64,000 nucleotides of DNA, from positions 38,626,001-38,690,000 of the forward strand of contig NC_083242.1 in the NCBI RefSeq assembly GCF_032191835.1, read 5' to 3'. This DNA is from Heteronotia binoei. Lineage: Eukaryota. The stretch's first letter is position 1, and the number at the start of each line of letters is the position of its first letter. The notes beneath the pieces are model-generated. The model made no database searches. It was not told where the DNA came from and worked only from the letters and a program-made list of their open reading frames with translations. The position numbers and the translations under genes were made by a program. Below, piece by piece: positions 48,261 to 58,002 of the stretch.

Positions 48261-49126
48261 AGAGGATGGATGGAGACAGGAGGTCCTGTGGGTCAAAAGC
48301 TCTGCCCCAGCTGCCAGTGTGTACCAGGGCCAAATGCCAAGGGCTGGTTCTTCCTTCCAAGGCCTTAGATGGCCAAGCACTAGGATAACCAAAGGACCAC
48401 CTCTTTCTATTCTCTCCCCACCCTGCTGCCACCTGGCTAGTTGAGATCCTCTTCCCAAGCCTGGCTCTCTGTGCCCCCCCCCCCAAAAGCCAGGAGGCAG
48501 AGGGGGGTCGCTTGCCACCTCTGCAGTGCCCGCCGCTGGAGTCTCCCAAGGAGGAGGCTGGTGTCTCTGCCTGGGGGGCAGGGAGAGAGCGATTCCAACA
48601 CGGGACGTGGCCATGGGGAAATGCCACCCTCCAAAGACATGCGTGACCCTTCCTGATGCTGGGTGGGGATCAGGACTCTGAGAGCAGACGTCTCTGGGGA
48701 GGCGGCTTCGTTGCTTTCTTTCTACAGTCTGGGTGGCCTCTTCTCCTCAGACCTGCAGACCGGGCGGGCCCTGTGGGGGGGGAGAGCTGCAGGGAAGGGG
48801 GGGCCCTGGAGACCCCCACCACCCCAGGGGTCCATTTTCTCCACCCCTGTGTGGGGCAAGGAAAGCCCTAGAACCCATGTCTAGGCAGGGAAGGGGGGGG
48901 CACAAGGAGGTGGGGTGCCTGGGCAGGCGAGGAGGAGAGATGGAGGTCCGGCTTGCAGCAGGCCCCTCTGGGTGGGCTTGAGTGGGGGCTGAAGCCGCCT
49001 GCCCTTTTGTGACTTGGGGAGGCCTTTTCTCTGTCCCGCTGGAGGCAGCAGGGGAGAGGGGCCTGGGGCAGACCTCCCTGGATCCCCTTCCCGAAGAGCC
49101 CCCCAGAAGCCCCGTCCCCCGCCGTG

Positions 49127-49215
49127 GGGGTGGGGTTGGGGGTGGGGAGAGAGGCCTCTCCCGGGCGATAAGAGGGAAGGGGGCGGAGAGGCCGGCGGCG
49201 GCGGCGCCCATAAAA
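49127..49215 (+). promoter_or_regulatory. Alpha-D globin promoter
   Basis: GGGGTGGGG (CACCC boxes) at about 49127-49146, CGATAAG 49166-49172, CATAAAA 49209-49215. Confidence 0.7.
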
Positions 49216-49314
49216 GGCGCCCTCCCCGCCGGGCTGCCAGTTGCCAGTCGCCCGCAGCCCTCCCGCCCGCCAGCCGTCGAGTCTCGCCTGCCTGCCTGCC
49301 TCACCTCCGCAGCC

Positions 49315-49911
49315 ATGCTGACCGCCGACGAGCGCCGCATCCTCAAGCAGACGTGGGACAAGGTGTCGAGCATCCAAGAGGAGATCGGCGCCGAGTCCCT
49401 CTACAGGTAGGGGCAGGGGAGAGGGGCGGTGGGGTGGGGTGGGCGCCCCGTCGGGGCTCCTCTCACGCTCTCGCTCCCGGGCAGGCTCTTCATCGTGTAC
49501 CCCACCTGCAAGACCTACTTCCCGCACTTCGACTTCGGCGCGGGCTCGGCGCAGATCCGCAACCACGGCAAGAAGGTGATCAAGGCGCTGGAGGACGCGC
49601 TCAAGAACGCCGACCACCTCCACGAGAACCTGGCCGAGCTCAGCAACCTGCACGCCTACAACCTGCGCGTGGACCCCGTCAACTTCAAGGTGAGGCCGGG
49701 CCCGGGCGGGGGGGCGGGGGGGGGTCCCTGCAGCCCCTTCCCCGCGGCTGACGCCCGCCCTCCTTTCTCCTCCGCGCCGCAGCTCCTGGCGCGCTGCCTG
49801 CAGGTGGTGCTGGCCACCCATCTGCGCGCCGAGTTCAACGCGCAGACCTACGCCGCCTGGGACAAGTTCATGGCCTGCGTGGCCGACGTGCTGGCCGAGA
49901 AGTACAGATGA
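49315..49911 (+). CDS. HBAD: Hemoglobin alpha-D chain, 141 aa
   Basis: Exons 49315-49406, 49485-49689, 49783-49911. [14 protein letters not shown]...KTYFPHF...HGKKV...[20 protein letters not shown]...VLAEKYR; the MLT start, [10 protein letters not shown] and EKYR are alpha-D hallmarks. AATAAA 49992-49997. Confidence 0.93.
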
Positions 49912-50325
49912 AGGAGCCCCCGGCCCGCCGGCCTGCCTGCCCGCAGCCTCTTCTCCAGCGCCCGAGCGCGCCTCTGTCCGACAGCCAGCCCAATAAACGT
50001 GCCTCGAACCTACCACCTCTTCTGCCTGCCTGTCTGTGCGCGCGCGCGCGGGTCTGCTGGGGGTGGGGGGTGGGGGGCCCCGCAGGACTCCACCTGCCCG
50101 GGAGGAGGGAGGGGGCCCAGCTCCGGAATAAGCCATCCCCGGAGAGTCTCTCTTCTGCTTCTGGGGTCCTCTCCCCCCCCGCCCCAGCTCCATCTCCTCC
50201 GGCCTGGTGGGGGCGGGGGGAGTCCCGAGCCAGGCCCTGTGGAGCCGCCTCTGCCAGTCTCCCGCCCCCTCCCCTGGTCGGGGCAGCTGGGCAGGGGGCG
50301 GCCCAAGAGAAGACTCGGGTGGGGG

Positions 50326-51500
50326 AAGAAGAAGACTGCAGATTTCTACCCCGCCGTTCTTTGGGAATCAGAGCCTCAGAGCGGCTCACCGTCTTCTACA
50401 AACACAAACATATGAAACCACTGAAGCTGCCTTCTGCTGAATGAGACCCCCCCCCCCCCCAGACCGCCCGCCCCGCCCCGGCCATCCAAGCCAGGCTTGT
50501 CTCCTCAGACTGGCAGCGGCTCTCTCACACCTCTTTGCCTGGACCCTTTTGTTAGCTGGAGATGCCGGGGATTGAACCTGGGACCTTCTGCTTACCAAGC
50601 AGATGCTCCACCACTGAGCCACCGGCCCTCCCCTCCTATATCTACTCCCCGCACAGCAGACACCCTGTGAGGTGGGTGGGGCTGAGAGAGCTCTCCCAGA
50701 AGCTGCCCTTTCAAGGACAACTCCTGCAAGAGAGCTCTGGCTGACCCAAGGCCGTTCCAGCAGGTGCAGGTGGAGGAATGGGGACTCAAACCCGGTTCGC
50801 CCAGAGAAGAGTCCGCGCACTTCAACACTACACTAAACTGATTCATATCCCACCCTCCACTCGGAATCTCAGAGTGGCTCACAATCTCCTTTATCTTCTC
50901 TCCCCCACAACAGACACCCTGTGAGGTGGGTGGGGCTGAGAGAGCTCTCCCAGAAGCTGCCCTTTCAAGGACAACTCCTGCAAGAGAGCTATGGCTGACC
51001 CGAGGCCATGCCAGCAGCTGCAGGTGGAGGAGTGGGGAATCCAACCCGGTTCTCCCAGATAAGAGAGCTCTGGCTGACCCAAGGCCATTCCGGCAGCTGC
51101 AAGTGGAGGAGGGGGGAATCAAACCCGGTTCTCCCAGATAAGAGAGCTCTGGCTGACCCAAGGCCATTCCAGCAGGTGCAGGTGGAGGAATGGGGACTCA
51201 AACCCGGTTCGCCCAGAGAAGAGTCCGCGCACTTCAACACTACACTAAACTGATTCATATCCCACCCTCCACTCGGAATCTCAGAGTGGCTCACAATCTC
51301 CTTTATCTTCTCTCCCCCACAACAGACACCCTGTGAGGTGGGTGGGGCTGAGAGAGCTCTCCCAGAAGCTGCCCTTTCAAGGACAACTCCTGCAAGAGAG
51401 CTCTGGCTGACCCGAGGCCATGCTAGCAGGTGCAGGTGGAGGAGGGGGGACTCAAACCCGGTTCTCCCGGATTAGAGTAGCACGCTTCACCACTACCCCC
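50326..51500 (-). mobile_element. Cluster of tRNA-derived SINEs including a roughly 412-bp tandem duplication
   Basis: Multiple minus-strand copies of both SINE families; the block around 50811 is repeated at 51223. Confidence 0.85.
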
Positions 51501-52136
51501 AGCTGGGAGGGCCAGGGGCGGGACGCAGAGGGCCACCTCTCTTCTAGCCCAGGAGAAAACCCGCCCGGAGTCCCCCGTTGTTGCCCCTGGAGGGGAGGGG
51601 GCTCATCCAGGGAGCCGCAAGGCCTACGAGACCGCCCCGCCCCCGAAGTCGCCTGATCGCGGATCACTGCAATGTCAGGAGTCATCTTCAGGCCCCACCG
51701 GGAGATTGGCACGCCTAGGTGTGGGGTGCGGCCACGAGGTGGGGCCAGGGGCTTCTTCCCGCCCCGCCCCCAAACTACCGGAGCGTTTTCTGGCTGGAGC
51801 GGGGGAGTCCAGTGGGGGGTCCTCCGCCCCCCCCCCAGCAGACGGAGAAGGCCAGCTCTCGACCGGGGGGGGCAAGGGTGGGCAAAGCAAGGGGCCGCAT
51901 TGCAAGGAGGGTCCCTCTGGCCGGTGCTCCCCCCCCCCTCCGCCGCTCCAACCTCCCCAGCCAGCAGCAGTAGCCCGCCAGGAGAGGTTCCGCCAAGCAG
52001 ACCGGCCCGGCGCACGCCTGAGGAAGGAGAGCATCCCCCCCCCCCCCGCACAAGGGAAGGGAGAAGCCTTTGGAGGGGGGAGGCCGATGGAGAACTTGGT
52101 CCCGGTTCCAGGCACTTGCTGGGCGCGCCCCTTCAC

Positions 52137-52840
52137 GCAGAAGAAGAAGAGGTTGGATTTACATTCCGCCCTGCTCCCTGAATCTTCTCTGAATCTCTAC
52201 TCTGAATCTCAGAGCGGTCACAGTCTCTTTTACCTCCCCCCACCCGCAACAGACACCCTGTGAGGTGGGTGGGGCGGAGAGGATTCTGACGAAAGCTGCC
52301 TTTTGAAAGACAACAACCTCTGCCAGAGCTCTGGTTGACTCAAGGCCATTCCAGCAGCTGCAAGTGGAGGAGGGGGAAAATCAAACCCGGTGCTCCCCGA
52401 GAAGAGTCCGTGCACATAGCTACCCTATGAGGTGGATGGGGCTGAGAGGGCTCACCCAGCAGCTGCCCTTTTAAGGACAACAACCTCTGCGAGAGTTCTG
52501 GCTGACCCAAGGCCATCCCAGCAGCTGCAAGTGGAGGAGGGGGGAATCAAACCTGGTTCTCCCAGATAAGAGAGCTCTGGCTGACCCAAGGCCATCCCAG
52601 CAGCTGCAAGTGGAGGAGTGGGGAATCAAACCCGGTTCTCCCAGATAAGAGAGCTCTGACTGACCCAAGGCCATTCCAGCAGCTGCAAGTGGAGGAGTGG
52701 GGAATCAAACCCGGTTCTCCCAGAGAAGAGAGCTATGGCTGACCCAAGGCCATTCCAGCAGCTGCAAGTGGAGGAGTGGGGAATCGAACCCGGTGCTCCC
52801 CGAGAGGACTGCGCGCACATAACCCCGACAACACTCAGCT
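52137..52840 (-). mobile_element. SINE with about four internal 78-bp tandem repeats
   Basis: Tail at 52137, then repeated GCTGACCCAAGGCC...GGAATCAAACCCGGTTCTCCCAGA units. Confidence 0.85.
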
Positions 52841-53463
52841 GGCTCAGGAGACGCTGGGGCAAGGCCCTCTGCAGCGGCTCAGAGGCAAGGCGGAGGAGTG
52901 GGTGGGGGTCTGACGAGGGGGGGAGGGGGACACCCAGCGGGAGCTCCTGTGGCTTGAAGGCCGGGGCAGGCGGAGGGGCTTTGGGTCAGCAAGAGGCTAG
53001 CGAGACCCTCCAGCCACAGGGGAGGTGCAGCAGGGGCGGGCTCCGCTGCTCCGGGACAAGGAGGCTCCATCCCCGCCCCCCACCGCAAAAGAGGATGAGG
53101 GGTGGGGGGGGGCAGACCTGTCCGCCGCGCCAAACAGCCGGCTCCCTTGGCCGCCTTCGGACCGAGAGGGCCAGCCCGCAGGGAGGGAGGGAGGGATTCT
53201 CCGCCTGGCCCACTCCTCAGCGCCCCCCTCCCGCGGCCTGCCTGGCAGGGCTGATGTGGGATCGTGTGCCGCCGCCCTCCGGGGCTTGGGGCTGGGTGGA
53301 GGGGGGAAGGGGTGGGCCTCCTTGGGGCGGGCCAGGCCCGCAGGGGCCGCTCCAGGCTCTCCGCCCGCCCTCCCCTCGGGGCTGGTCCCGCCCCCTCGCC
53401 CGCGGGGATATAAGGGGCGCGGCGGCGGGGGGCACGGAGCGCAGCAGCAGCAGCAGCAGCAGG

Positions 53464-54079
53464 ATGAGCCTGAGCGACAACGACAAAGCCCACGTGAAGG
53501 GCATCTGGTGCCAGGTGTCGGGCCATGCCGAGGAGTTCGGCGCCGAGGCCATCAACAGGTGAGGTGGTCCGCCCCGTCGGGGCAGGTGGGGGCTGGCGGG
53601 CGGCGGGCGGCAGTGCCGCGGGGCTGAGCGCGCCTCTCCCCTCCCGTCCTCTCGGCAGGATGTTCGTGGCCTACCCCACCAGCAAGACCTACTTTCCGCA
53701 CTTCGACGTGAGCGCCGGCTCGGAGCAGATCCGGGCGCACGGCAAGCGGGTGGTGAACGCGCTCTCCGACGCCGTGGCCCACCTGGACAACATCGGCGGC
53801 GCCCTGGCCAAGCTCAGCGACCTGCACGCCCAGAAGCTGCGCGTCGACCCCGTCAACTTCAGGGTGAGCCGGCGGGGAGGAGGAGGAGGGCTGCCCCCCC
53901 CCAGGGCCCCCTCCCGCCCTCCTGACCCTCCGCCTGCCTTCCCCCCGCAGTACCTGGCCCAGTGCCTCCTGGTGACCATCGCCGTCCATTGCCGCGGCCA
54001 GCTGACCGCCGACGTGCTCGTCTCCCTCGACAAGTTCCTCGCCCTCGTCACCAAGGTGCTCACCTGCAAGTACCGCTAG
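53464..54079 (+). CDS. HBA: Hemoglobin alpha-A chain, 142 aa
   Basis: Exons 53464-53558, 53659-53863, 53951-54079. [15 protein letters not shown]...KTYFPHF...HGKRV...[16 protein letters not shown]...LTCKYR. TATAAG 53409-53414; AATAAA 54152-54157. Confidence 0.92.
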
Positions 54080-55725
54080 AGCGCCCGCCCGCCCGCCGGT
54101 CTCGCCCAGCCGCAGCAGCGCCACAGGCCGGCGCACCGACCCCCCCCCCTCAATAAACGCCTGGCCGTCGAAAGGGCCGCCTGCTGCTCGCCTCTCTCTT
54201 TGTCCGGGGGGGGGGGGGAGGGGGGCGCTTCGAGGGCCGCGGGCGAGCCGACTACTGCCCGAGCTGCTGCTGCTGCTGCTGCCGCCGCCACTCCTCCAGC
54301 CGCCCTGTCCGGGAAGGCCTCCTCCCGGCGGAGCAGAGCGGGCCGAGGGGGAGGGGCAGGTCCGAGTGGCCGCCGCCCAGGGACGGGGGAGGGCTCCGGA
54401 GCTCAGCGGGCGCAGCCGCCTCATCCCAGGGCTGGCCACAGAGGCCCCTGACCAACTGCCCAGGAGGAGGAGGCTGGGGAAGTGCAGACCCCCCCTTCCC
54501 CCCGCCCCAAAATGGGGGTGGGGTGATTCTGCGGGAGAGAGCCCCCCTTCCCCTCCCGCCATCCCTCCCCTCTGCTGAGGGCTGCCAGTGCGGGGCCTTG
54601 ACCTGAACTGCCCTCCCCAAGGAACTCCTGGGCCCCAAGGTGGGGGGGGGACAGCTTAATGGAACCTCCAGGGTCAGCAGCAGTCTACTTCTGAGTTCCA
54701 GTTGCTGGGGGGGGGCACACAGCAGGGGAGGATAAGCACTGCCCCCCCAGCCAGGAGAGAAGTGGGTTGGGGCTCCCTGCTGGCCAGCCAGTGGGTTCTC
54801 CTTGCTGTGATGACTGACACCTCCTGAGGGAAGTGGGGAGGGGGCCAGCTAGCACAACCCCCACCCCCCAGTGGCCCCTGCCCTAGATGCCCAGAGGAAG
54901 GCAAAAAGCCTCCAGATTCCTGGGCTCTGCAGCCAGGTGATCAGCTGGAGATCCCCCAGGAGCTGGCACCCCTAGGGCCATGCTGTGTCACCCTGGCAGT
55001 GGCAGAGGAGCCAGCAGGCAGAGGCTGCCCAGCCCTTAGCCCCCCCCCCCCACTGCCAGATATTTCGGATGCCAACAGTGATGTCTGCAGCCCCCACCCT
55101 GCCCTCAGTCTCAGCTAGGGGACCAGCAATGCCCCCTGCGGCTGCTACAGTCGGGTTGCCACAGGAAGCCAGTCCGTTTTGTTCAATGTAAAGTGCTTAA
55201 AAAGACACACACGCGCACACAGCAACCGACAGAAACAGAGAGCTGGCAGCCCAAGATGGAGGGCTCCACAATAGCCCTGAAAAACCCACCTGCCCAGGGG
55301 TCAAATTTCCCTTCCACTGCCTCAAGAACAGTGGCCGACAGTAGAGGGGGAAGGAGGGGGCTCGTGGGGGGGGCGTGCTTTCGATCCAGGTCTGCTGGCA
55401 GGTGGGGACTTGCGAAGGGTCCCTGAAGCATCACCTGTTTCATGCCACAAGCCTCCTGCCAGCGCTTTGCTCACAGGCCTGCAGCGTGACATGCAGAGGG
55501 AGGCTTCTGAAGAGCACTGGCTGGGAGCTTTCATCCACCCACCCATCCCTTCCTTCACAGCAGTCCTCCCTGCAGCCACCACTTCTGCTCACGCAAGCAG
55601 AGCCTTTTTTGCTCCATTCCGGAGGGGAGGCAGGCTGTGGGCCTTTTTGGTGGTGGCACTACAGCGGTGCTCTTCCTTCTCCTGGCAAACGGGCAGGGCA
55701 CCATCATGAATGACGTGGCGCCAGG

Positions 55726-55747
55726 TTTATTCTGCTGCCACTTTATT
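55726..55747 (-). terminator. Poly(A) signals of globin Y
   Basis: TTTATT at 55726-55731 and 55742-55747 (AATAAA on minus strand). Confidence 0.6.
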
Positions 55748-56440
55748 GGTGCTTCAGACTGTGGTTCCAGTTTTAATACTCCTAAGGCAGTTGAGTTATT
55801 CTCATTATATGCTGCAAATTGGCTTTGATTTTTTTAAAAAAGGTGTGAAAGGCTGGGCATAAATGGGAGTCCAGGGTGGGGGCACGGAGGGAAGGCAGGT
55901 GGTGCTAGATGACCCAGACCCCCCCCCCCCCAGGGCTCTCGTGATCTTCCGATGTCCTGCTGGGCTCCTCTTCACCAACACAGCAGAAGCAGCCAGGGGC
56001 AATCCCATCGTCCGTCCACCAGGTGGGGCTGGCCTCCTCCTTTAGAGGCCTTCCCACTCTGCTCTTTGGAAGGCAGGAAGACCAGGACATGACTCCAGCC
56101 AGTGGCTGAGGCAGCCCCACTCTTAGCCACAATCCTTTCCTTTGGGGAGGCAGGCAGCTGATGTCCCAGCTCGGAGAGGAGACTCCTGGGCCTTCCTGCC
56201 TCTCCTCCACCCTTCTCTCTGGCTTTGAGGCAAGCGGCACAGGGAGGGGCCAGCTGCTGCATAGATGGAGATGAAGCGGCAGCCCAGATCTGGCCAGGGA
56301 GGGCTTTCACCCCCGAGTGAACACAGTCCTCTGCGGGAGGAATCCAAACATATGCCCCGCTGCCTGCCCCCTTGATCACCTCCACTCCAATAGCCCAACT
56401 ATCCAAACACAGGGTGGGGCAACCGCTGGCCACTCTCGTT

Positions 56441-57862
56441 CTAGGAGAGCGGGTTCCGAGTGTAGACAGCGCTGATGACTTCGTAGACTGCTCCAAAGAG
56501 CTTCTCCCAGGAGACCAGCATGTCATCAGTGAACTCATTCTCCAGGATGTCTTGGCAGGTGCTTCGCATCGTCCGGAACATTGCCTGTGCCGGGGAGAGG
56601 ATGCTCAGGGACTGCTTGGCACCCTGCCACAACAGCCCCCCAAGGGCCGAGCAAGGCAGAGGGGGACGCAGGGGATTCAGACAGGCCCCCCAGCCCCCAC
56701 CGCCCAGGGGTCTGACTTCTCTACAGTCCAAGCAGCACCCGCTCCTTCCGGTCTTCCGCTGCTGGGCACGATACCTGGAACAGGTTCACGGGCACCCGAT
56801 GGACATTCTTGTGTGACTCTGCCAGGCATTCCAGCAGCTTGCAGGCCCGCTTCCAGTTGTTTATGTTCTCAAACACTTGGTTCATGGCCACCATGACTCT
56901 CCTGCCATGGAAGGCCACCATGGGGTTGCTGTGGAGCGTCCCCTCGGTTGGGATGTGGATGAAGTACTGCTTGGTCTCTGGGTAATCTGTAAAGAACCTG
57001 CACGGGAAAGGCACGGCTGCCGCAAGCAGGGAAAACCAGTCACTCCTTTGTTTGGAGGGGGGTGGGGTGGGAGACCACCCCCCACAGGCCCCCCAGTGGG
57101 CCACGAAGGGAAGGGGGGTAGGCACAGAAGCTGGGGCTGCTAGGCAGAGAACTTTCTCTTGAAAGGCCATGGTTGGTGTGGGGGGCAGCAAGAGTGGAGG
57201 CCAGCCCAGAGCCCCACATCTCAGTGCCAAAAGGTTCCGCCCTCCTTCTCCTTGCCCCTCACCCCCCCAGAGGCTCTGCCACTGGGCCACCAGGGCCCCT
57301 TAAATGTCCCATTTCTGGAGCAGCTTGACCCATGAGGCCTTCCAAGGCCCTGAAGACAGGCAGGCCGGCAGCTGTTCCACACCAGATCCCGCCCCCAGGA
57401 GAAGCAGCCTGGCGGGGGGGGGGGGACTGGGACCGTGCCCTCCCCCTCCTTCCCAGGCATCTTGCCTGCCACCGGAAGGGAGCCGAAGGCAGAGCACAGC
57501 ATCTGCAGGGAGAGGTAGAGGAGGCGTCCTCCTCCTCCTCTATTGGCAGTATTGCTTGGCAGAAGAAGGGCTTCGCCGGTGTGGCCCCCTCCGCAGGTCC
57601 CGGGGCCTTACTTGATGACGATCAGCCGGCCGTTCTCCTCGGCCTCCTCGTACACCTTGGCCCACAGGAAGCGGAGGTTCGCCTGGTCGGCGGGCGTGAG
57701 CGCCAGGGGCTGCAGGGGGGGCTCCCTGGAGGGGCACAACGGGAGGGTCAGGGGCGGAGCAAGGCTGCCGGGGGGCTCTCCCCCTCCCCACCCGGGCAGG
57801 GGCCGGGCCGCTCACCCCGCCTTGGTCCTGCTGGAGGACGACGAGGAGGAGGCGGCAGCCAT
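56441..57862 (-). CDS. GBY: Globin Y with an N-terminal extension, 175 aa
   Basis: Exons 57862-57816, 57725-57612, 56997-56775, 56584-56441 (528 nt). [17 protein letters not shown]...NGRLIVIK|[12 protein letters not shown]...[17 protein letters not shown]...[13 protein letters not shown]|...SWEKLF. Distal and proximal His intact; position 3' of the alpha cluster fits GbY. Confidence 0.85.
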
Positions 57863-58002
57863 GGCAGGCGGGCGGGCGGGGCCTTCCGGCAACGGAATCC
57901 CGGGCGGGGCAGTTGCGGGGGAGGGCGTCCCCGGCGGTGACGTCAGAGGGGCGGGGCGGGGCTGCCTCCCGGGTCGGGTCAGGCGGGCTCCCGCTTGCTG
58001 CC
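57863..58002. promoter_or_regulatory. Bidirectional CpG promoter between GbY and TMEM8A
   Basis: Only 140 bp between the two ATGs; perfect CRE TGACGTCA 57938-57945; GC boxes 57948-57961. Confidence 0.75.

Noticed and set aside
48868-50193. 441-aa antisense ORF over alpha-D (similarly 53552-54562 over alpha-A)
   Set aside because: Shadow of high-GC3 codon usage on the opposite strand
56767-56774. U12-type intron in GbY (donor GTATCG)
   Set aside because: Lacks GTATCCTT and the U12 branch consensus
57706-57711. Proximal acceptor CTGCAG|CCCCTG for GbY exon 2
   Set aside because: Out of phase with the exon-1 donor; the acceptor at 57725 restores the frame and has a branch motif
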